Below are positions 1 to 12,534 of a stretch of DNA of 47,043 bases, piece after piece. Position 1 is the first letter of the stretch. Each line of letters opens with the position of its first letter. The notes under the pieces were generated by a model, which worked only from the letters and a program-made list of their open reading frames with translations, ran no database searches and was not told the DNA's origin. The stretch comes from Bacillota bacterium (GTDB taxonomy: Bacteria > Bacillota > Clostridia > Christensenellales > CAG-138): the NCBI GenBank assembly GCA_016288175.1, contig JAEEYN010000152.1, positions 1 to 47,043 on the forward strand, in the 5' to 3' direction. The translations under genes were made by a program, and so were the position numbers.

Positions 1-119
1 ACGACAGCAATCTCAGGATCGCACCCAGCTTTCCTCCGCTTGACGAGCTTGAAAAGGCAATGCAGGTCCTCTGCGTATGCATCAAGCTGGCCGCCGCCGA
101 AAAGCTGCTTAGCAAATAA
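1..119 (+). CDS. 3' end of an upstream CDS (C-terminus ...[38 protein letters not shown]), possibly a PLP-dependent aminotransferase
   Basis: An open frame runs from the window edge to TAA at 117-119. The C-terminal RIAPSFP...EL motif resembles the ends of class-I-fold aminotransferases as I recall them. Only 38 residues are visible. Confidence 0.35.
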   Translation, partial: DSNLRIAPSFPPLDELEKAMQVLCVCIKLAAAEKLLSK

Positions 120-151
120 AGAATCAAATTATTCATTCGGAGGAAAAAACA

Positions 152-1192
152 ATGATAAAAATGATGGATGCTCTTGTTAAGACGGAAGCGGGAAAGGGCC
201 TTACCCTCATGAAGGTCCCCGTTCCCGAAGTTCACACCGGTGAAGTACTTATCAAGATCCATAAGACTGCGATCTGCGGCACTGACGTACATATCTACAA
301 CTGGGATCCTTGGAGCCAGACCCACGTTAAGCCTCCCGTTACGATTGGTCATGAATACGTTGGCGAAATCGCCGCGCTTGGCGATGGAGTTACAGGGCTT
401 GAGATCGGTCAGCTCGTTTCCGGCGAAGGCCACATCACCTGCGGCCACTGCCGCAACTGCCGCAGCGGCAAAAGCCACCTCTGCGCAAAAACCGAAGGCG
501 TTGGCGTTCAGCGCAACGGCGCATTCGCTGAGTATATCTGCATTCCCGCAAGGAACGTTATCCCCGTAACTTGGGATATCCCCGAGGATATCATTTCCTT
601 CTTCGACGCATACGGCAACGCGACTCACACCGCGCTGATGTTCGATGTTATCGGCGAGGATGTTCTCATCACCGGCGCAGGTCCGATCGGCATGATGGCC
701 GCCGCAATCTGCAAGCACAACGGCGCGCGCAAAGTTGTCGTTACCGACATCAACGATTACCGTCTCAGCCTTGCGAAGAAGATGGGCGCGACCCGCGTTG
801 TCAACACCATGAAAGAAAAGCTCGAGGATGTTATGGCCGAGCTCAAGATGACCGAAGGCTTCGACGTCGGTCTTGAAATGAGCGGCAGCGGCATCGCTCT
901 CAACCAGATGATCTCCGTCATGCGCAACGCCGGTAAGGTCGCGCTGCTCGGCATCGCGAAGCCCGGCACCGCTGTCGACTGGAATGAAGTCATCTTCAAG
1001 GGTCTGACCCTGCAGGGCATCTACGGCCGTCAGATGTTCGAGACCTGGTATAAGATGGGCGCAATGGTCGAAGCCGGCCTCGACCTCACTCCGATGATCA
1101 CTCACCGCTTCAACTACCGCGATTTCGAGAAGGGCTTCGAGGCCATGAACAGCGGCGCAAGCGGCAAGGTCGTTCTTGACTGGACCAAATAA
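152..1192 (+). CDS. tdh: L-threonine 3-dehydrogenase (Zn-dependent MDR family)
   Basis: 346 aa. Has [26 protein letters not shown] and the structural-Zn motif [10 protein letters not shown], with a GAGPIG Rossmann motif. GGAGG lies 8 nt upstream of ATG 152. It is followed by kbl, the classic tdh-kbl pair. Confidence 0.93.
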   Translation: MIKMMDALVKTEAGKGLTLMKVPVPEVHTGEVLIKIHKTAICGTDVHIYNWDPWSQTHVKPPVTIGHEYVGEIAALGDGVTGLEIGQLVSGEGHITCGHCRNCRSGKSHLCAKTEGVGVQRNGAFAEYICIPARNVIPVTWDIPEDIISFFDAYGNATHTALMFDVIGEDVLITGAGPIGMMAAAICKHNGARKVVVTDINDYRLSLAKKMGATRVVNTMKEKLEDVMAELKMTEGFDVGLEMSGSGIALNQMISVMRNAGKVALLGIAKPGTAVDWNEVIFKGLTLQGIYGRQMFETWYKMGAMVEAGLDLTPMITHRFNYRDFEKGFEAMNSGASGKVVLDWTK

Positions 1193-1213
1193 ACCGAAAA
1201 GGAGAATACATAC

Positions 1214-2395
1214 ATGAAACAGGCTTACGAATTCTTCCGCAAGGAGCTCGACTCCATCCGCGAAGCGGGTACCTGGAGAGAAGAGCGCATCATTACCACC
1301 GAGCAGCGCGCAAGGATCGACACCACGAAGGCAAAGGGCGTTCTCAACATGTGCGCCAACAACTACCTCGGCCTTGCCAACAATCCCGAGATCATCGCCG
1401 CCGCAAAGGCCAGCTATGAGAAGTGGGGCTACGGCCTTTCCTCCGTCCGTTTCATCTGCGGCACTCAGCAGATTCATAAGGAGCTTGAAAGGAAGCTCGC
1501 CGATTTCCTCGAGATGGACGACTGTATCCTCTACACCTCCTGCTTCGACGCGAACGGCGGTCTTTTCGAGACCATCCTCGGCGCTGACGACGCGATCATC
1601 TCCGATGAGCTCAACCATGCTTCCATCATCGACGGCGTTCGCCTCTGCAAAGCCAAGAGGTTCCGCTATAAGAACAACAACATGGACGACCTCCGCGCAC
1701 AGCTCGAAGCCGCAAAGGATTGCCGCATCAAGCTGATCGCGACTGACGGCGTCTTCTCCATGGACGGTATCATCGCAAACCTTCCCGCCATCTGCGACCT
1801 CGCCGATGAATACGGCGCTCTCGTTATGGTCGACGACAGCCATGCCGTCGGTTTCATGGGCGAGCACGGCAAGGGCACTCATGAGGCATGCGGCGTGATG
1901 GGTCGTGTTGACATCATCACCGGTACCCTCGGCAAGGCAATGGGCGGTGCGTCCGGCGGCTACACCTGCGCACGCCAGGAGATCATCGACATGCTTCGCC
2001 AGAAGTCCCGTCCGTATCTCTTCTCCAACACCCTCGCTCCCGCAATCTGCGCTGCTTCCATCAAGGTCATCGACATGCTGAACGAATCCACCGCGCTTCG
2101 CGATAAGGTCCACGAGAACACCAAGTACTTCCGTGAGCAGCTCGGCAAGATCGGCTTCGACGTCATCGAGAGCACCCACCCGATCGTTCCCGTCATGCTG
2201 TATGACCCGAAGATCGCTCAGGAATTCGCACGCCGTATGCTCGATAAGGGCGTATACGTCGTCGGCTTCTGCTATCCCGTTGTTCCGAAGGGCAAGGACA
2301 GGATCCGCACCCAGGTTTCCGCAGGCCACACCAAGGAAGACCTCGACTTCGCAGTCAAGTGCTTCAAGGAAGTCAAGGAAGAAATGGGTATCTGA
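1214..2395 (+). CDS. kbl: 2-amino-3-ketobutyrate CoA ligase (glycine C-acetyltransferase)
   Basis: 393 aa alpha-oxoamine synthase-type sequence with the PLP-lysine context GTLGKAMGG. It starts 21 nt after tdh, with a GGAG RBS. Confidence 0.92.
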   Translation: MKQAYEFFRKELDSIREAGTWREERIITTEQRARIDTTKAKGVLNMCANNYLGLANNPEIIAAAKASYEKWGYGLSSVRFICGTQQIHKELERKLADFLEMDDCILYTSCFDANGGLFETILGADDAIISDELNHASIIDGVRLCKAKRFRYKNNNMDDLRAQLEAAKDCRIKLIATDGVFSMDGIIANLPAICDLADEYGALVMVDDSHAVGFMGEHGKGTHEACGVMGRVDIITGTLGKAMGGASGGYTCARQEIIDMLRQKSRPYLFSNTLAPAICAASIKVIDMLNESTALRDKVHENTKYFREQLGKIGFDVIESTHPIVPVMLYDPKIAQEFARRMLDKGVYVVGFCYPVVPKGKDRIRTQVSAGHTKEDLDFAVKCFKEVKEEMGI

Positions 2396-2413
2396 TCAAG
2401 ATAATATATTTTC

Positions 2414-2440
2414 AGAAGGGCGGCAAATTGCCGTCCTTCT
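2414..2440 (+). terminator. Hairpin downstream of kbl (12-bp stem with one G-U, 3-nt loop); probable terminator or insulator
   Basis: AGAAGGGCGGCA-aat-TGCCGTCCTTCT. It is followed by GUGCUAUAAU rather than a clean U-run, so intrinsic termination is plausible but not canonical. Confidence 0.45.
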
Positions 2441-2441
2441 G

Positions 2442-2450
2442 TGCTATAAT
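2442..2450 (+). promoter_or_regulatory. Extended -10 promoter element (TGcTATAAT) for trpS
   Basis: TG at 2442-2443 and TATAAT at 2445-2450, about 35 nt upstream of the trpS ATG. There is no good -35 at 17-nt spacing. Confidence 0.5.
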
Positions 2451-2484
2451 CCAAATAATTATTTTAAAGAAGGAGGGTCCTGAT

Positions 2485-3474
2485 ATGGACAAGAAAATCA
2501 TCCTCAGCGGTATTAAACCCACCGGAATTCCCACACTCGGCAATTACATAGGGGCTCTCCGCAACTGGCGCGAAATGCAGCAGGACGACAAGTACTGCTA
2601 TTACATGGTTGCCGACATGCACGCGCTGACCGTCCGCAATGACCCAGAAGAACTCCGCCGGCAGACCCGCTCCATGGCAGCTCTTTTGATCGCCTGCGGC
2701 ATTGATCCGAACCGTTCGCCGTTGTTTATTCAGAGCCACGTGCATCAGCACGCGGAGCTCTCGTGGCTCCTTGGCTGCACTACCTACATGGGCGAACTGA
2801 ACCGCATGACACAGTTCAAGGATAAGTCCGCGAAGCATGCCGACAACATCAACGCAGGTCTTTACACTTATCCCGTGCTCATGGCCGCCGATATCCTTAT
2901 CTACGGCGCGCACATGGTGCCCGTTGGCGACGACCAGAAGCAGCATGTTGAGCTTGCGCGCAACATCGCGATCCGTTTCAACAATGCTTTCGGCGAAACA
3001 TTCATCGTTCCCGAACCCGTCATGCCGAAATTCGGCGCAAGGATCATGGGTCTGCAGGATCCGGAGCACAAGATGAGCAAAACCGACACGAATCCGAACG
3101 GTTATATTTCCATGCTCGACGATCCCGACGTCATCATGAAAAAATTTAAGAAAGCCGTCACCGACTGCGAACCGACGATCGCTTTTGCGGAAGGCCGCTA
3201 CGGATGCAACAACCTCCTGACCATTTACTGCGCATGCACCGGCAAAACGATGGATGAGGCGGTAAAGGATTTCGAAGGCTGCGGCTACGGCAAGCTCAAG
3301 GTCGCTGTTGCGGAAGCCGTTATCGCCGAGCTGGAGCCCATCCAGGCGGTCTATAAGCAGTACATGAACGACAGCGCCGAACTCGACAGGATCGTTGCAA
3401 AAGGTGCGGAGCAGGCAGGGGAGCGCGCTCAGCTTACTCTGGATGCAGCATACAAGGCCGTCGGCCTCAGATAA
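2485..3474 (+). CDS. trpS: Tryptophan--tRNA ligase
   Basis: The ORF track begins at 2359, but AGGAGGG (2471-2477) precedes ATG 2485 (MDKKIILSGIKPTG...). Class-I signatures are TLGNYIG (HIGH-like) and KMSKT. About 329 aa. Confidence 0.93.
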   Translation: MDKKIILSGIKPTGIPTLGNYIGALRNWREMQQDDKYCYYMVADMHALTVRNDPEELRRQTRSMAALLIACGIDPNRSPLFIQSHVHQHAELSWLLGCTTYMGELNRMTQFKDKSAKHADNINAGLYTYPVLMAADILIYGAHMVPVGDDQKQHVELARNIAIRFNNAFGETFIVPEPVMPKFGARIMGLQDPEHKMSKTDTNPNGYISMLDDPDVIMKKFKKAVTDCEPTIAFAEGRYGCNNLLTIYCACTGKTMDEAVKDFEGCGYGKLKVAVAEAVIAELEPIQAVYKQYMNDSAELDRIVAKGAEQAGERAQLTLDAAYKAVGLR

Positions 3475-3490
3475 TCAAATCAATAAAACA

Positions 3491-3530
3491 AAACGAGCTG
3501 TGCGGATCCGCACAGTTCGTTTTCATTTTG
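3491..3530. terminator. Bidirectional rho-independent terminator between the convergent trpS and PurM-like genes
   Basis: About 12-bp stem ACGAGCTGTGCG-GAUC-CGCACAGTTCGT centred on GGATCC. It is flanked by an A-run (AAAACAAAA) on the left and TTTCATTTT on the right, so a U-tract follows the hairpin on both strands. Confidence 0.8.
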
Positions 3531-3539
3531 GTAAACGGA

Positions 3540-4508
3540 TTATTTTACGACTTTATAGATCTCGTCGGCGTCAGGCGGTTCAACGATCGTCCCGTCGGTA
3601 AGGCGGACTCCTTCGCCCTGCGCGCGGCCGATGATCTTCGCTTCGATGCCGATACTTCTGAGGCCTTCGACCATCTCTTCGCCGTTCGGGCAGGTGATGA
3701 GCATGCAGCCGCTTGAAATGAGCCGCAGCGGATCGATACCCGTCGCGGCGCAAAGCTTGGCGGTCACGGGATGCACGGTTATCGCACCCTTATCTATTAC
3801 AAGACCGACGCCGCTTGCATCGGAAAGCTCCCACGATGCGCCGAGAATGCCTCCTTCGGTCGCGTCGTGCATCGCCGTCGCACCGTTGTCGGCAGCGTAC
3901 AGGCCTTCCTTGACGACGTTTGTCCGCGCCGCAAATGCATGCGCACAGGCGATCTCGTCATCGGTCAGAATGTTATGGATATCTTCAACGCAGTCCGCAA
4001 TGATATTCGCGCCTTCAAGCCCGGCGTGCTTTGTCATTATCAGATAATCTCCTTCGCGCATTCCGCGGGGGGAAACAGCGCCGTTTTTGCCTTCCCGCGC
4101 AATAACGGTCGTGCAGGTCACGATTCGATTAACGGCGTTGGTGATTTCCGTATGACCTCCGATCACGTCGACATTGGCGTTATCCGCCGCCTCGATAAGC
4201 TCGTCCATCAGGTCCGAGATCTCTTCTTCCGTCACGGACGGCGGCAGCAGGAAAGTCACCATCAGCCCGATCGGCTCTGCGCCGGATGCCGCAGCATCGT
4301 TGCAGCAAACGTTGACGGACAGCGCCCCGATTCGCGTTTGTGCGGCGGTTATCGGGTCGCATGAAAGGATCGTCAAACGGTCGCCGATATCAACGGCGGT
4401 GCAGTCAACGCCGATCCCGGGCGCCATCACGACTTCGCTTCTGTTATGCTTGATCTTGCTGAGTATCAGCCTGTCAAGCTGTTCATTTGTAAGTTTACCG
4501 ACTCTCAT
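3540..4508 (-). CDS. AIR synthase-related (PurM/HypE/ThiL superfamily) protein
   Basis: 322 aa. The N-terminal GIGVDCTAVD...SCDPIT and GGHTE motifs are typical of the PurM-like ATP-binding fold. The start lies 1 nt after the ligA stop. Confidence 0.75.
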   Translation of the reverse strand: MRVGKLTNEQLDRLILSKIKHNRSEVVMAPGIGVDCTAVDIGDRLTILSCDPITAAQTRIGALSVNVCCNDAAASGAEPIGLMVTFLLPPSVTEEEISDLMDELIEAADNANVDVIGGHTEITNAVNRIVTCTTVIAREGKNGAVSPRGMREGDYLIMTKHAGLEGANIIADCVEDIHNILTDDEIACAHAFAARTNVVKEGLYAADNGATAMHDATEGGILGASWELSDASGVGLVIDKGAITVHPVTAKLCAATGIDPLRLISSGCMLITCPNGEEMVEGLRSIGIEAKIIGRAQGEGVRLTDGTIVEPPDADEIYKVVK

Positions 4509-4509
4509 T

Positions 4510-6471
<1,962 letters not shown>

Positions 6472-8775
6472 TTATTCTCCTTTCAGCGCTGAAAGCGGCG
6501 CATATGCGACGGCAAGCCTGCGCGACCCGCCTTTGTCGAAGTTGATTGTTATTATTGCTGCCGGACCGGTACCGGAAATCCCCGCGACCGTACCTTTCCC
6601 GAATTGGGGATGCATAACGCGGTCACCCGGTTTGAAGTTCACGGTATTTGTTTTGCTCTTGGGAGCAGAAGGCGCGGTGTATGCGTTTTTCTTCTGTGCG
6701 GTTCCTTTTTTGTCGAGACCGTTCAGTTTTCGGATCTGCTCGATCACGTCCTCGCCGAACATTCCGTTTGGGAAACCGCTTCGCTGACTTCCGCCCGTCC
6801 CTCCGTACTCGCTTCCGGAACGAGCATATGCGCTTCCGAAGGAATTGCGCTTCATCGGCGTCTTTTCGGGATCGATCAATTCCATTTCCTCGAGGAAAAT
6901 CGAAGGATCGTTGCGCTGCGGTCTGCCGTACAGGGTGCGTTGCCTTGTATTGAGCAAAAACAGTTTTTCCTTCGCCCTTGTAACGCCGACATAGCAGAGC
7001 CTGCGTTCCTCTTCAAGGCGGTTTTCCTCTTCCTTTGAGCGTTCGGAAGGGAAGACGCCCTGTTCCATTCCGGGCATGAAAACAACTGGGAATTCAAGGC
7101 CTTTTGCGCAGTGGAGCGTCATCAGTTTGACTGTTCCGTCGCTTTCGTCGACATTATCCGCTTCCGAATTCAGCGCAGCTGTTTCGAGGAAGCTTTGCAA
7201 AGCGTCGGAATCCGGCGGAAGCTGCTGTTCATGCTCCTTCATCGCACCTACAAGTTCTTCGATATTCTGCTGCCTTGTCTCGAGTTTATCATCCCCGAGC
7301 GCGGCAAGATGATCCGCAAAGTTTATCCGTTCTATGATGTATTCCGCAAGCTCCGAAAGGCCGAACTCATAGCGCTTCGCAAAGAGTTCCTTCATCAGCT
7401 CAATGAACGGACCGATCTTTGCCGCGATTTTTGCGGGAAGAACATCTGGCGTTATCGAAGCCATGAACATCGACATATCGTTCATCGCCGCAGCGGATTC
7501 GATCGATTTGACCGTCGTATCGCCGATGCCGCGTTTCGGAACATTTATGATGCGTTTGAACGCAACATCGTCGTTCGGGTTCGCGATCAGCTTCAGATAA
7601 CCGAGCAGGTCCTTGACTTCCTGATAGGAATAGAATCTCATGCCGCCGATAACCGAGATGGGGATCCCGTAACCCGTCGTCAGAACGGATTCGATCACAC
7701 GGCTTTGTGCATGGGTACGGTAAAGAACAGCGAAATCGTTATAGCTGAGCCTGTCGAAACGATGCATGCCTGCGATCGTGCGCGCGATCGTATAAGCTTC
7801 ATCTCGCTCTGTGTCGACCGTCAGGAGTTCGACGCGTGAACCGCCGGCCTTTTCCGTCCAGAGTTTCTTGCTTTTTCTGCCCTTGTTGTTGCGTATGACC
7901 TTGTTTGCGCAGTCGAGGATCGCCTTTGTGGAGCGGTAGTTCTGCTCAAGTCGAATCACCTTTGCGCCTTCGAAATCCTTCTCGAATTCGAGGATATTGC
8001 GGATATCTGCGCCTCGCCAGCCATAGATGCTCTGGTCATCGTCGCCGACGACGCAGATGTTGCGGTGCTCGCTGCAAAGAAGCTGGATCAGCTTGTACTG
8101 CGGGAAGTTTGTATCCTGGTACTCATCAACAAGAACATATTTGAACCTGCGTCTGTATTTTTCGAGAATATCCGGATTCTCGGCCAGAAGGCGCACAGAA
8201 AGCAGAAGCAGATCGTCGAAATCGAGTGCGTTGCATTCCCGCAGTTTTTTGTTGTATGCGCGAAGGATGTCGACAAGCGTTCCGCCATCCGATCCCGATT
8301 CGAAAAGATAGGCTTCCGGCGAATCCGCGGAGTTTTTTGCCTCGCTGATCCTCGAGCGCACCATCGCTTTCGGAAAACGCTTCTCATCGATGTTCTGCTG
8401 TTTAATGATATCCGCGATCACGGAGTTCTGGTCCTGATCATCGTAGATCACGAAGCGGTTATCATAGCCGAGGCGATCGATATCGAAACGCAGTATCTTG
8501 GCGCAGAAGGAATGGAAAGTCGTGACCCACATATCCGAATCCGGAGTTTCGAGAAGTTTATCCACGCGCTCTTTCATTTCCTTCGCCGCTTTGTTGGTGA
8601 AGGTAACGGCAAGGATCGCCCAGGGCGGAACATTATGATTCAAAACCAGATTCGCGATGCGGTACGTCAAAACGCGGGTCTTGCCGCTGCCCGCTCCCGC
8701 AAGCACCAGCAAAGGCCCGTCGACCGTCATTACGGCTTCGCGCTGTTCTTTATTGAGTAAACTAAGATTCAGCAT
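6472..8775 (-). CDS. pcrA: ATP-dependent DNA helicase PcrA (UvrD family)
   Basis: 767 aa. Has Walker A GAGSGKTRVLT, DEYQDT, and a C-terminal Tudor-like tail (VMHPQFGKGTV). The pcrA-ligA order is typical of Firmicutes. Confidence 0.95.
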   Translation of the reverse strand: MLNLSLLNKEQREAVMTVDGPLLVLAGAGSGKTRVLTYRIANLVLNHNVPPWAILAVTFTNKAAKEMKERVDKLLETPDSDMWVTTFHSFCAKILRFDIDRLGYDNRFVIYDDQDQNSVIADIIKQQNIDEKRFPKAMVRSRISEAKNSADSPEAYLFESGSDGGTLVDILRAYNKKLRECNALDFDDLLLLSVRLLAENPDILEKYRRRFKYVLVDEYQDTNFPQYKLIQLLCSEHRNICVVGDDDQSIYGWRGADIRNILEFEKDFEGAKVIRLEQNYRSTKAILDCANKVIRNNKGRKSKKLWTEKAGGSRVELLTVDTERDEAYTIARTIAGMHRFDRLSYNDFAVLYRTHAQSRVIESVLTTGYGIPISVIGGMRFYSYQEVKDLLGYLKLIANPNDDVAFKRIINVPKRGIGDTTVKSIESAAAMNDMSMFMASITPDVLPAKIAAKIGPFIELMKELFAKRYEFGLSELAEYIIERINFADHLAALGDDKLETRQQNIEELVGAMKEHEQQLPPDSDALQSFLETAALNSEADNVDESDGTVKLMTLHCAKGLEFPVVFMPGMEQGVFPSERSKEEENRLEEERRLCYVGVTRAKEKLFLLNTRQRTLYGRPQRNDPSIFLEEMELIDPEKTPMKRNSFGSAYARSGSEYGGTGGSQRSGFPNGMFGEDVIEQIRKLNGLDKKGTAQKKNAYTAPSAPKSKTNTVNFKPGDRVMHPQFGKGTVAGISGTGPAAIITINFDKGGSRRLAVAYAPLSALKGE

Positions 8776-8783
8776 TTAAAAGC

Positions 8784-9953
8784 TTACAGAAGCGCATCCA
8801 CGGCCTTTTTAAGCCTGTCAAGCGCGGAAAGAAGCTGTTCTTTCGGCAGAGCGAGATTCCAGCGTTCAAAGCCGCCGCCGTTCTCGCCGAATACATAACC
8901 TTCGTCCAGAGCAAGGCCGTTCGCGAGCATATGCTTTTCGAGCGATTCGTTATCGAGACCCAAAGCGCGCATGTCGAGCCACGCAAGATAGGTCCCTTCC
9001 GCACGGATTGCCTTGATCATCGGAAGATTCTTTTCAACGAAGTCATACAGCGTTCTGAAGTTGCTGCCGACTGCCGCATTCAGCTCGTCTACCCATCCTG
9101 AACACTTCGTGTATGCCGCGATCGTTGCAGCGCGCGAGAAGTAGGGAACGAGGCCGCTTCCGAAACGTCCGTTGATCTCCTTCAGTTTCTTTGCGATATC
9201 ATCATTTTTGACGATAATGTTCGAACATCCGAGGCCGGCGAGATTGAAAGTTTTGCTGACTGCGGTGCAGGTGACGCAGTTTTCGGCCATTCCGGGGATC
9301 GACGCGAACACGGTGTGCTCCGCGCCATCAAGGAGCAGATCGTTATGGATCTCATCCGCGATCACAAGCACGTTGTTCTTTTTGCAGATCTCGCCGAGCT
9401 CCTTGAGCTCCTCCCGCGTCCAGACACGGCCGACGGGATTATGCGGACTGCAGAGCAGCATCAGTTTCACGTCATCTGGCTTTGTCTTTTCTTCGAGATC
9501 TTCAAAATCCATCTCGTAATGACCGTTATTGTTGATGAGACGGTTCTCGACGATGCGCCTTGAGTTGATGTTGATCGCGTGAGCAAACTGCATATAGACG
9601 GGCGGCTGAATGACCACGCCGTCGCCGGGCTGCGTATAGGCGGCCACAGCAAGGCTCAGAGCGGGCACAACGCCGGTGGTAGTGATCAGATTATAGTCGG
9701 AGCACTCCCAGTTGTGGCGCGTTCTCATCCATCCGAAAACGGCTTTTTTATAGGCTTCATCGGCATATGTATAGCCGAATATCCCGCGGTCGGCAGCTTC
9801 TTTGACGGCGGCTCTGATCTCCGGCGCGACGGCGAATTCCTGATCCGCGATCGTTAAGGGTACAAGACCCGAGCCCTTGACGGGCTCGGGTGCAAAATCG
9901 ATTTTGATCGAACCGGTTCCGGTCCGGTCTATTGGTGTTGTGAAATCGTACAT
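8784..9953 (-). CDS. PLP-dependent C-S lyase / aminotransferase, MalY/PatB family
   Basis: 389 aa. The N-terminus YDFTTPIDRTGTGSIK and the PLP-Lys context SKTFNLAGLG are typical of PatB/MalY cystathionine beta-lyase-like enzymes. Confidence 0.85.
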   Translation of the reverse strand: MYDFTTPIDRTGTGSIKIDFAPEPVKGSGLVPLTIADQEFAVAPEIRAAVKEAADRGIFGYTYADEAYKKAVFGWMRTRHNWECSDYNLITTTGVVPALSLAVAAYTQPGDGVVIQPPVYMQFAHAININSRRIVENRLINNNGHYEMDFEDLEEKTKPDDVKLMLLCSPHNPVGRVWTREELKELGEICKKNNVLVIADEIHNDLLLDGAEHTVFASIPGMAENCVTCTAVSKTFNLAGLGCSNIIVKNDDIAKKLKEINGRFGSGLVPYFSRAATIAAYTKCSGWVDELNAAVGSNFRTLYDFVEKNLPMIKAIRAEGTYLAWLDMRALGLDNESLEKHMLANGLALDEGYVFGENGGGFERWNLALPKEQLLSALDRLKKAVDALL

Positions 9954-9960
9954 GGCAGAA

Positions 9961-10533
9961 TCAGCTGAAGCTGTAGCCGCGATCGAAGGCTTTGAGGTTG
10001 ATCTCGAGGAACTTCGGCTTTACGCACTGCTCGATCGCCTTATGCCATTCATCTGCGGAAAAGGGGAGCTTCTTTGCTACAACGCCCATCAGAACGACGT
10101 TCGCTGCGCGATAGGTGCCGCACTCATGCGCGATCTCAACCGCATTGATCTCGATTGCTTTAGCAGCGGCTTCAACGCGCTCAAGGCAATCGGCGGGATA
10201 CTTCGTTGCGCCGGTGATAACGGGCATCGGAAGGATCTCCTGAGTGTTGATAACGATGGTTCCGTCCTTCTTGAGGTAGGGGAGTGCGCGGAGCGCTTCG
10301 AGGTTCTCGAACGCGAGAACGATGTCTGCCTGACCCTGCTCAACGATGGAGGAATAGAGGGGTTGATCGTTGCTGATGCGGACATAGGTAACGACGCTGC
10401 CGCCGCGCTGGCTCATACCGTGGACCTCGCTTACGCGGACATCATAACCGTTGTTCATTGCGAGCTGACCGAGGATCTTGCTTGCGAGCAGAGTGCCCTG
10501 GCCGCCGACGCCGACGATAACGATATTATACAT
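9961..10533 (-). CDS. iorB: Indolepyruvate:ferredoxin oxidoreductase, beta subunit
   Basis: 190 aa beginning IVIVGVGGQGTLLASKILG (2-oxoacid:Fd oxidoreductase gamma-type domain). It lies directly downstream of iorA, with an AAGGAGG RBS. Confidence 0.88.
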   Translation of the reverse strand: MYNIVIVGVGGQGTLLASKILGQLAMNNGYDVRVSEVHGMSQRGGSVVTYVRISNDQPLYSSIVEQGQADIVLAFENLEALRALPYLKKDGTIVINTQEILPMPVITGATKYPADCLERVEAAAKAIEINAVEIAHECGTYRAANVVLMGVVAKKLPFSADEWHKAIEQCVKPKFLEINLKAFDRGYSFS

Positions 10534-10547
10534 AACGAATTACCTCC

Positions 10548-12275
10548 TTAACCTTGGACATGGAGCGCACCGAAGTGGCAGAGCTGCTCGCAGAGGCCGC
10601 AGCCTACGCACTGGGTGGGATCGACGGCAACACCGGTTTCGGTCTTGCGGATCGCGGGGCAGCCGATCTTCATGCACATACCGCAGTTGCGGCACTTGGT
10701 CGTATCACAGACGAAGGGGATGCCGGGCTGCTTGACGATCAGAGCGCAGGGACGGCGGGAGATGATAACGGAGAGCTCCTCGCGTTCGGTCTCCTCGCGG
10801 ACGACTTTCTCGAGTTCCTTAAGATCGAAGGGATCGACAACGCGGACGTGCTTGATGCCCATCGCGTCGCAGAGCTTGAGGATATCGAGCGCAACGGTGG
10901 GATCGCCGTGGATATCTTTGCCATTGGCGGGGTTGTTCTGGTGGCCGGTCATACCGGTGATGGAGTTATCCGCAACGATAACGGTTCCGACGGAGCGGTT
11001 GTAAGCCATGTTCAGAAGGCCGGTGAGACCGCTGTGGCAGAAGGTGGAGTCGCCGAGAACGGCAACGGTCTTCTTCGCCTGCTCGTGGCCGCGTGCCTTT
11101 TCCATGCCGTGCGCCATGCCGATGGATGCGCCCATGCAGACGCAGGTATCAACACCGCTGAGCGGGGGCAGCGCGCCGAGGGTATAGCAGCCGATATCGG
11201 AGCAGACCGTCAGCTTCAGCTTGCCGAGAACGTGGTAGAGACCGCGGTGCGGGCAGCCGGGGCAGAGGACCGGAGGACGTGCGGGGATGCCTTCGGTGTT
11301 CATCGGGCCGGCTTCGGGTGCGCCTTCGAACTTCGTTGCAATCTTGCGCATGAACAGCTCGCCCTGAACGCCGGTAAGGTTCTTGCCGCTGCAGGGGATG
11401 CCCCAGGCCTTGATGGTGTCCTCATAGAAGGGCTCCATATCCTCGATAACATAGAGGGTCTCAACGCCCTTTGCGAACTCTTCAATGAGCTTGCGGGGCA
11501 TGGGGTAGGCGAGACCGAGCTTCAGAACGGATGCGTTCGGCATCGCTTCCTTGACGTAGTTGTACGCTGCGCCGGAGGTGATGACGCCGACCTTGCGGTC
11601 CGCCCACTCGACCTTGTTGATCGGGAGGGTATTGGCAGCTTCCGCGAGCTTCTTCTCGCGCTCTTCAACATAGAGATGGCGGCCGATCATGTTTGCGGGC
11701 ATCGAAACGTATTTCTTGATGTCGCGCTTGTATTCCTTCAGAGGACGCTCAACGCGGTCTTCAAGCTCAACAAGGGTCCTTGCATGAGCGATACGGGTGG
11801 TGACGCGAAGGATGACAGGGGTGTCGTACTCTTCGCTGATTTCGTATGCCATTTTCAGGAAGTCCTTGCATTCCTGGCTGCTTGAAGGATCGAGCACGGG
11901 AGCATGGGAGGCGCGGGCCAGCATTCGGGTATCCTGCTCGTTCTGGGAAGAATGCATGCCGGGATCATCTGCAACAACAACGACCATACCTGCGTTGACG
12001 CCGGTGTAGGTGGCGGTAAAGAAGGGGTCTGCCGCAACGTTCAGACCAACGTGCTTCATGCAGGCGAGGCTGCGTGCACCGCTTACGGCTGCGCCGAGAG
12101 CGACCTCAACGGCAACCTTCTCGTTGGGAGCCCATTCGGAATAGATTTCCGGATAGTTGGCTACATTCTCGTTGATTTCTGTGCTGGGGGTGCCGGGATA
12201 CGCACTCGAAACACGAACACCGGCTTCGTATGCGCCCCTTGCAATCGCTTCATTTCCGAGCAAAAGCTTTTTCAA
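10548..12275 (-). CDS. iorA: Indolepyruvate:ferredoxin oxidoreductase, alpha subunit
   Basis: 575 aa with a TPP-binding region and two C-terminal 4Fe-4S motifs (CRNCGMCMKIGCP, CVGCGLCEQLC). The start codon reads TTG (caa at 12273-12275) and is preceded by AAAGGAGGA. Confidence 0.9.
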   Translation of the reverse strand: MKKLLLGNEAIARGAYEAGVRVSSAYPGTPSTEINENVANYPEIYSEWAPNEKVAVEVALGAAVSGARSLACMKHVGLNVAADPFFTATYTGVNAGMVVVVADDPGMHSSQNEQDTRMLARASHAPVLDPSSSQECKDFLKMAYEISEEYDTPVILRVTTRIAHARTLVELEDRVERPLKEYKRDIKKYVSMPANMIGRHLYVEEREKKLAEAANTLPINKVEWADRKVGVITSGAAYNYVKEAMPNASVLKLGLAYPMPRKLIEEFAKGVETLYVIEDMEPFYEDTIKAWGIPCSGKNLTGVQGELFMRKIATKFEGAPEAGPMNTEGIPARPPVLCPGCPHRGLYHVLGKLKLTVCSDIGCYTLGALPPLSGVDTCVCMGASIGMAHGMEKARGHEQAKKTVAVLGDSTFCHSGLTGLLNMAYNRSVGTVIVADNSITGMTGHQNNPANGKDIHGDPTVALDILKLCDAMGIKHVRVVDPFDLKELEKVVREETEREELSVIISRRPCALIVKQPGIPFVCDTTKCRNCGMCMKIGCPAIRKTETGVAVDPTQCVGCGLCEQLCHFGALHVQG

Positions 12276-12495
12276 TTCAGTATCCTCCTTTGGTATTCAG
12301 AACCCTTGGGAAAGCCCATTGGGCCCGGGTATAAGATTCCGTTTCTATTATATTAGATTTCGGAGCATAAATAAAGAGGAAAACGCTAATATATTGATAT
12401 TTGTATCGCAATTATTCGAAAACATTCGGTTTTCCGCTTGCCTTTCCTTATATTCGTCAGGCAGGAAAAAACCTGTTTTCTTTGAATCGGTTTGG

Positions 12496-12504
12496 TGATA
12501 TAAT
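12496..12504 (+). promoter_or_regulatory. Extended -10 element (TGaTATAAT) upstream of uvrB
   Basis: TG at 12496-12497 and TATAAT at 12499-12504, 30 nt upstream of the uvrB ATG. GGAGAAAG RBS at about 12521. The -35 is weak. Confidence 0.5.
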
Positions 12505-12534
12505 AAGCACAAAGAAATTCGGAGAAAGAAGCGA

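Noticed and set aside
2396-2484. A possible T-box riboswitch leader upstream of trpS, which is common in Firmicutes.
   Set aside because: Only 89 nt are available, and they are occupied by a kbl hairpin and an extended -10 element. There is no T-box core (GGTGGTACCGCG-like) sequence and no specifier/antiterminator architecture.
12300-12335. A repeated CCCTTGGG / CCCATTGGG / CCCGGG cluster in the iorA leader as a possible riboswitch or operator.
   Set aside because: Only a 4-bp hairpin can be drawn, and I recognise no known riboswitch core. It is too short to interpret without comparative data.
12417-12428. A LexA (Cheo) box upstream of uvrB: the palindrome CGAAAACATTCG.
   Set aside because: The arms are CGAA/TTCG with a 4-nt centre (12 nt total). 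The Firmicute consensus, as I recall it, is CGAAC-N4-GTTCG (14 nt). No GAAC-N4-GTTC occurs anywhere in 12276-12534. It would need a motif scan calibrated on this clade's SOS genes.
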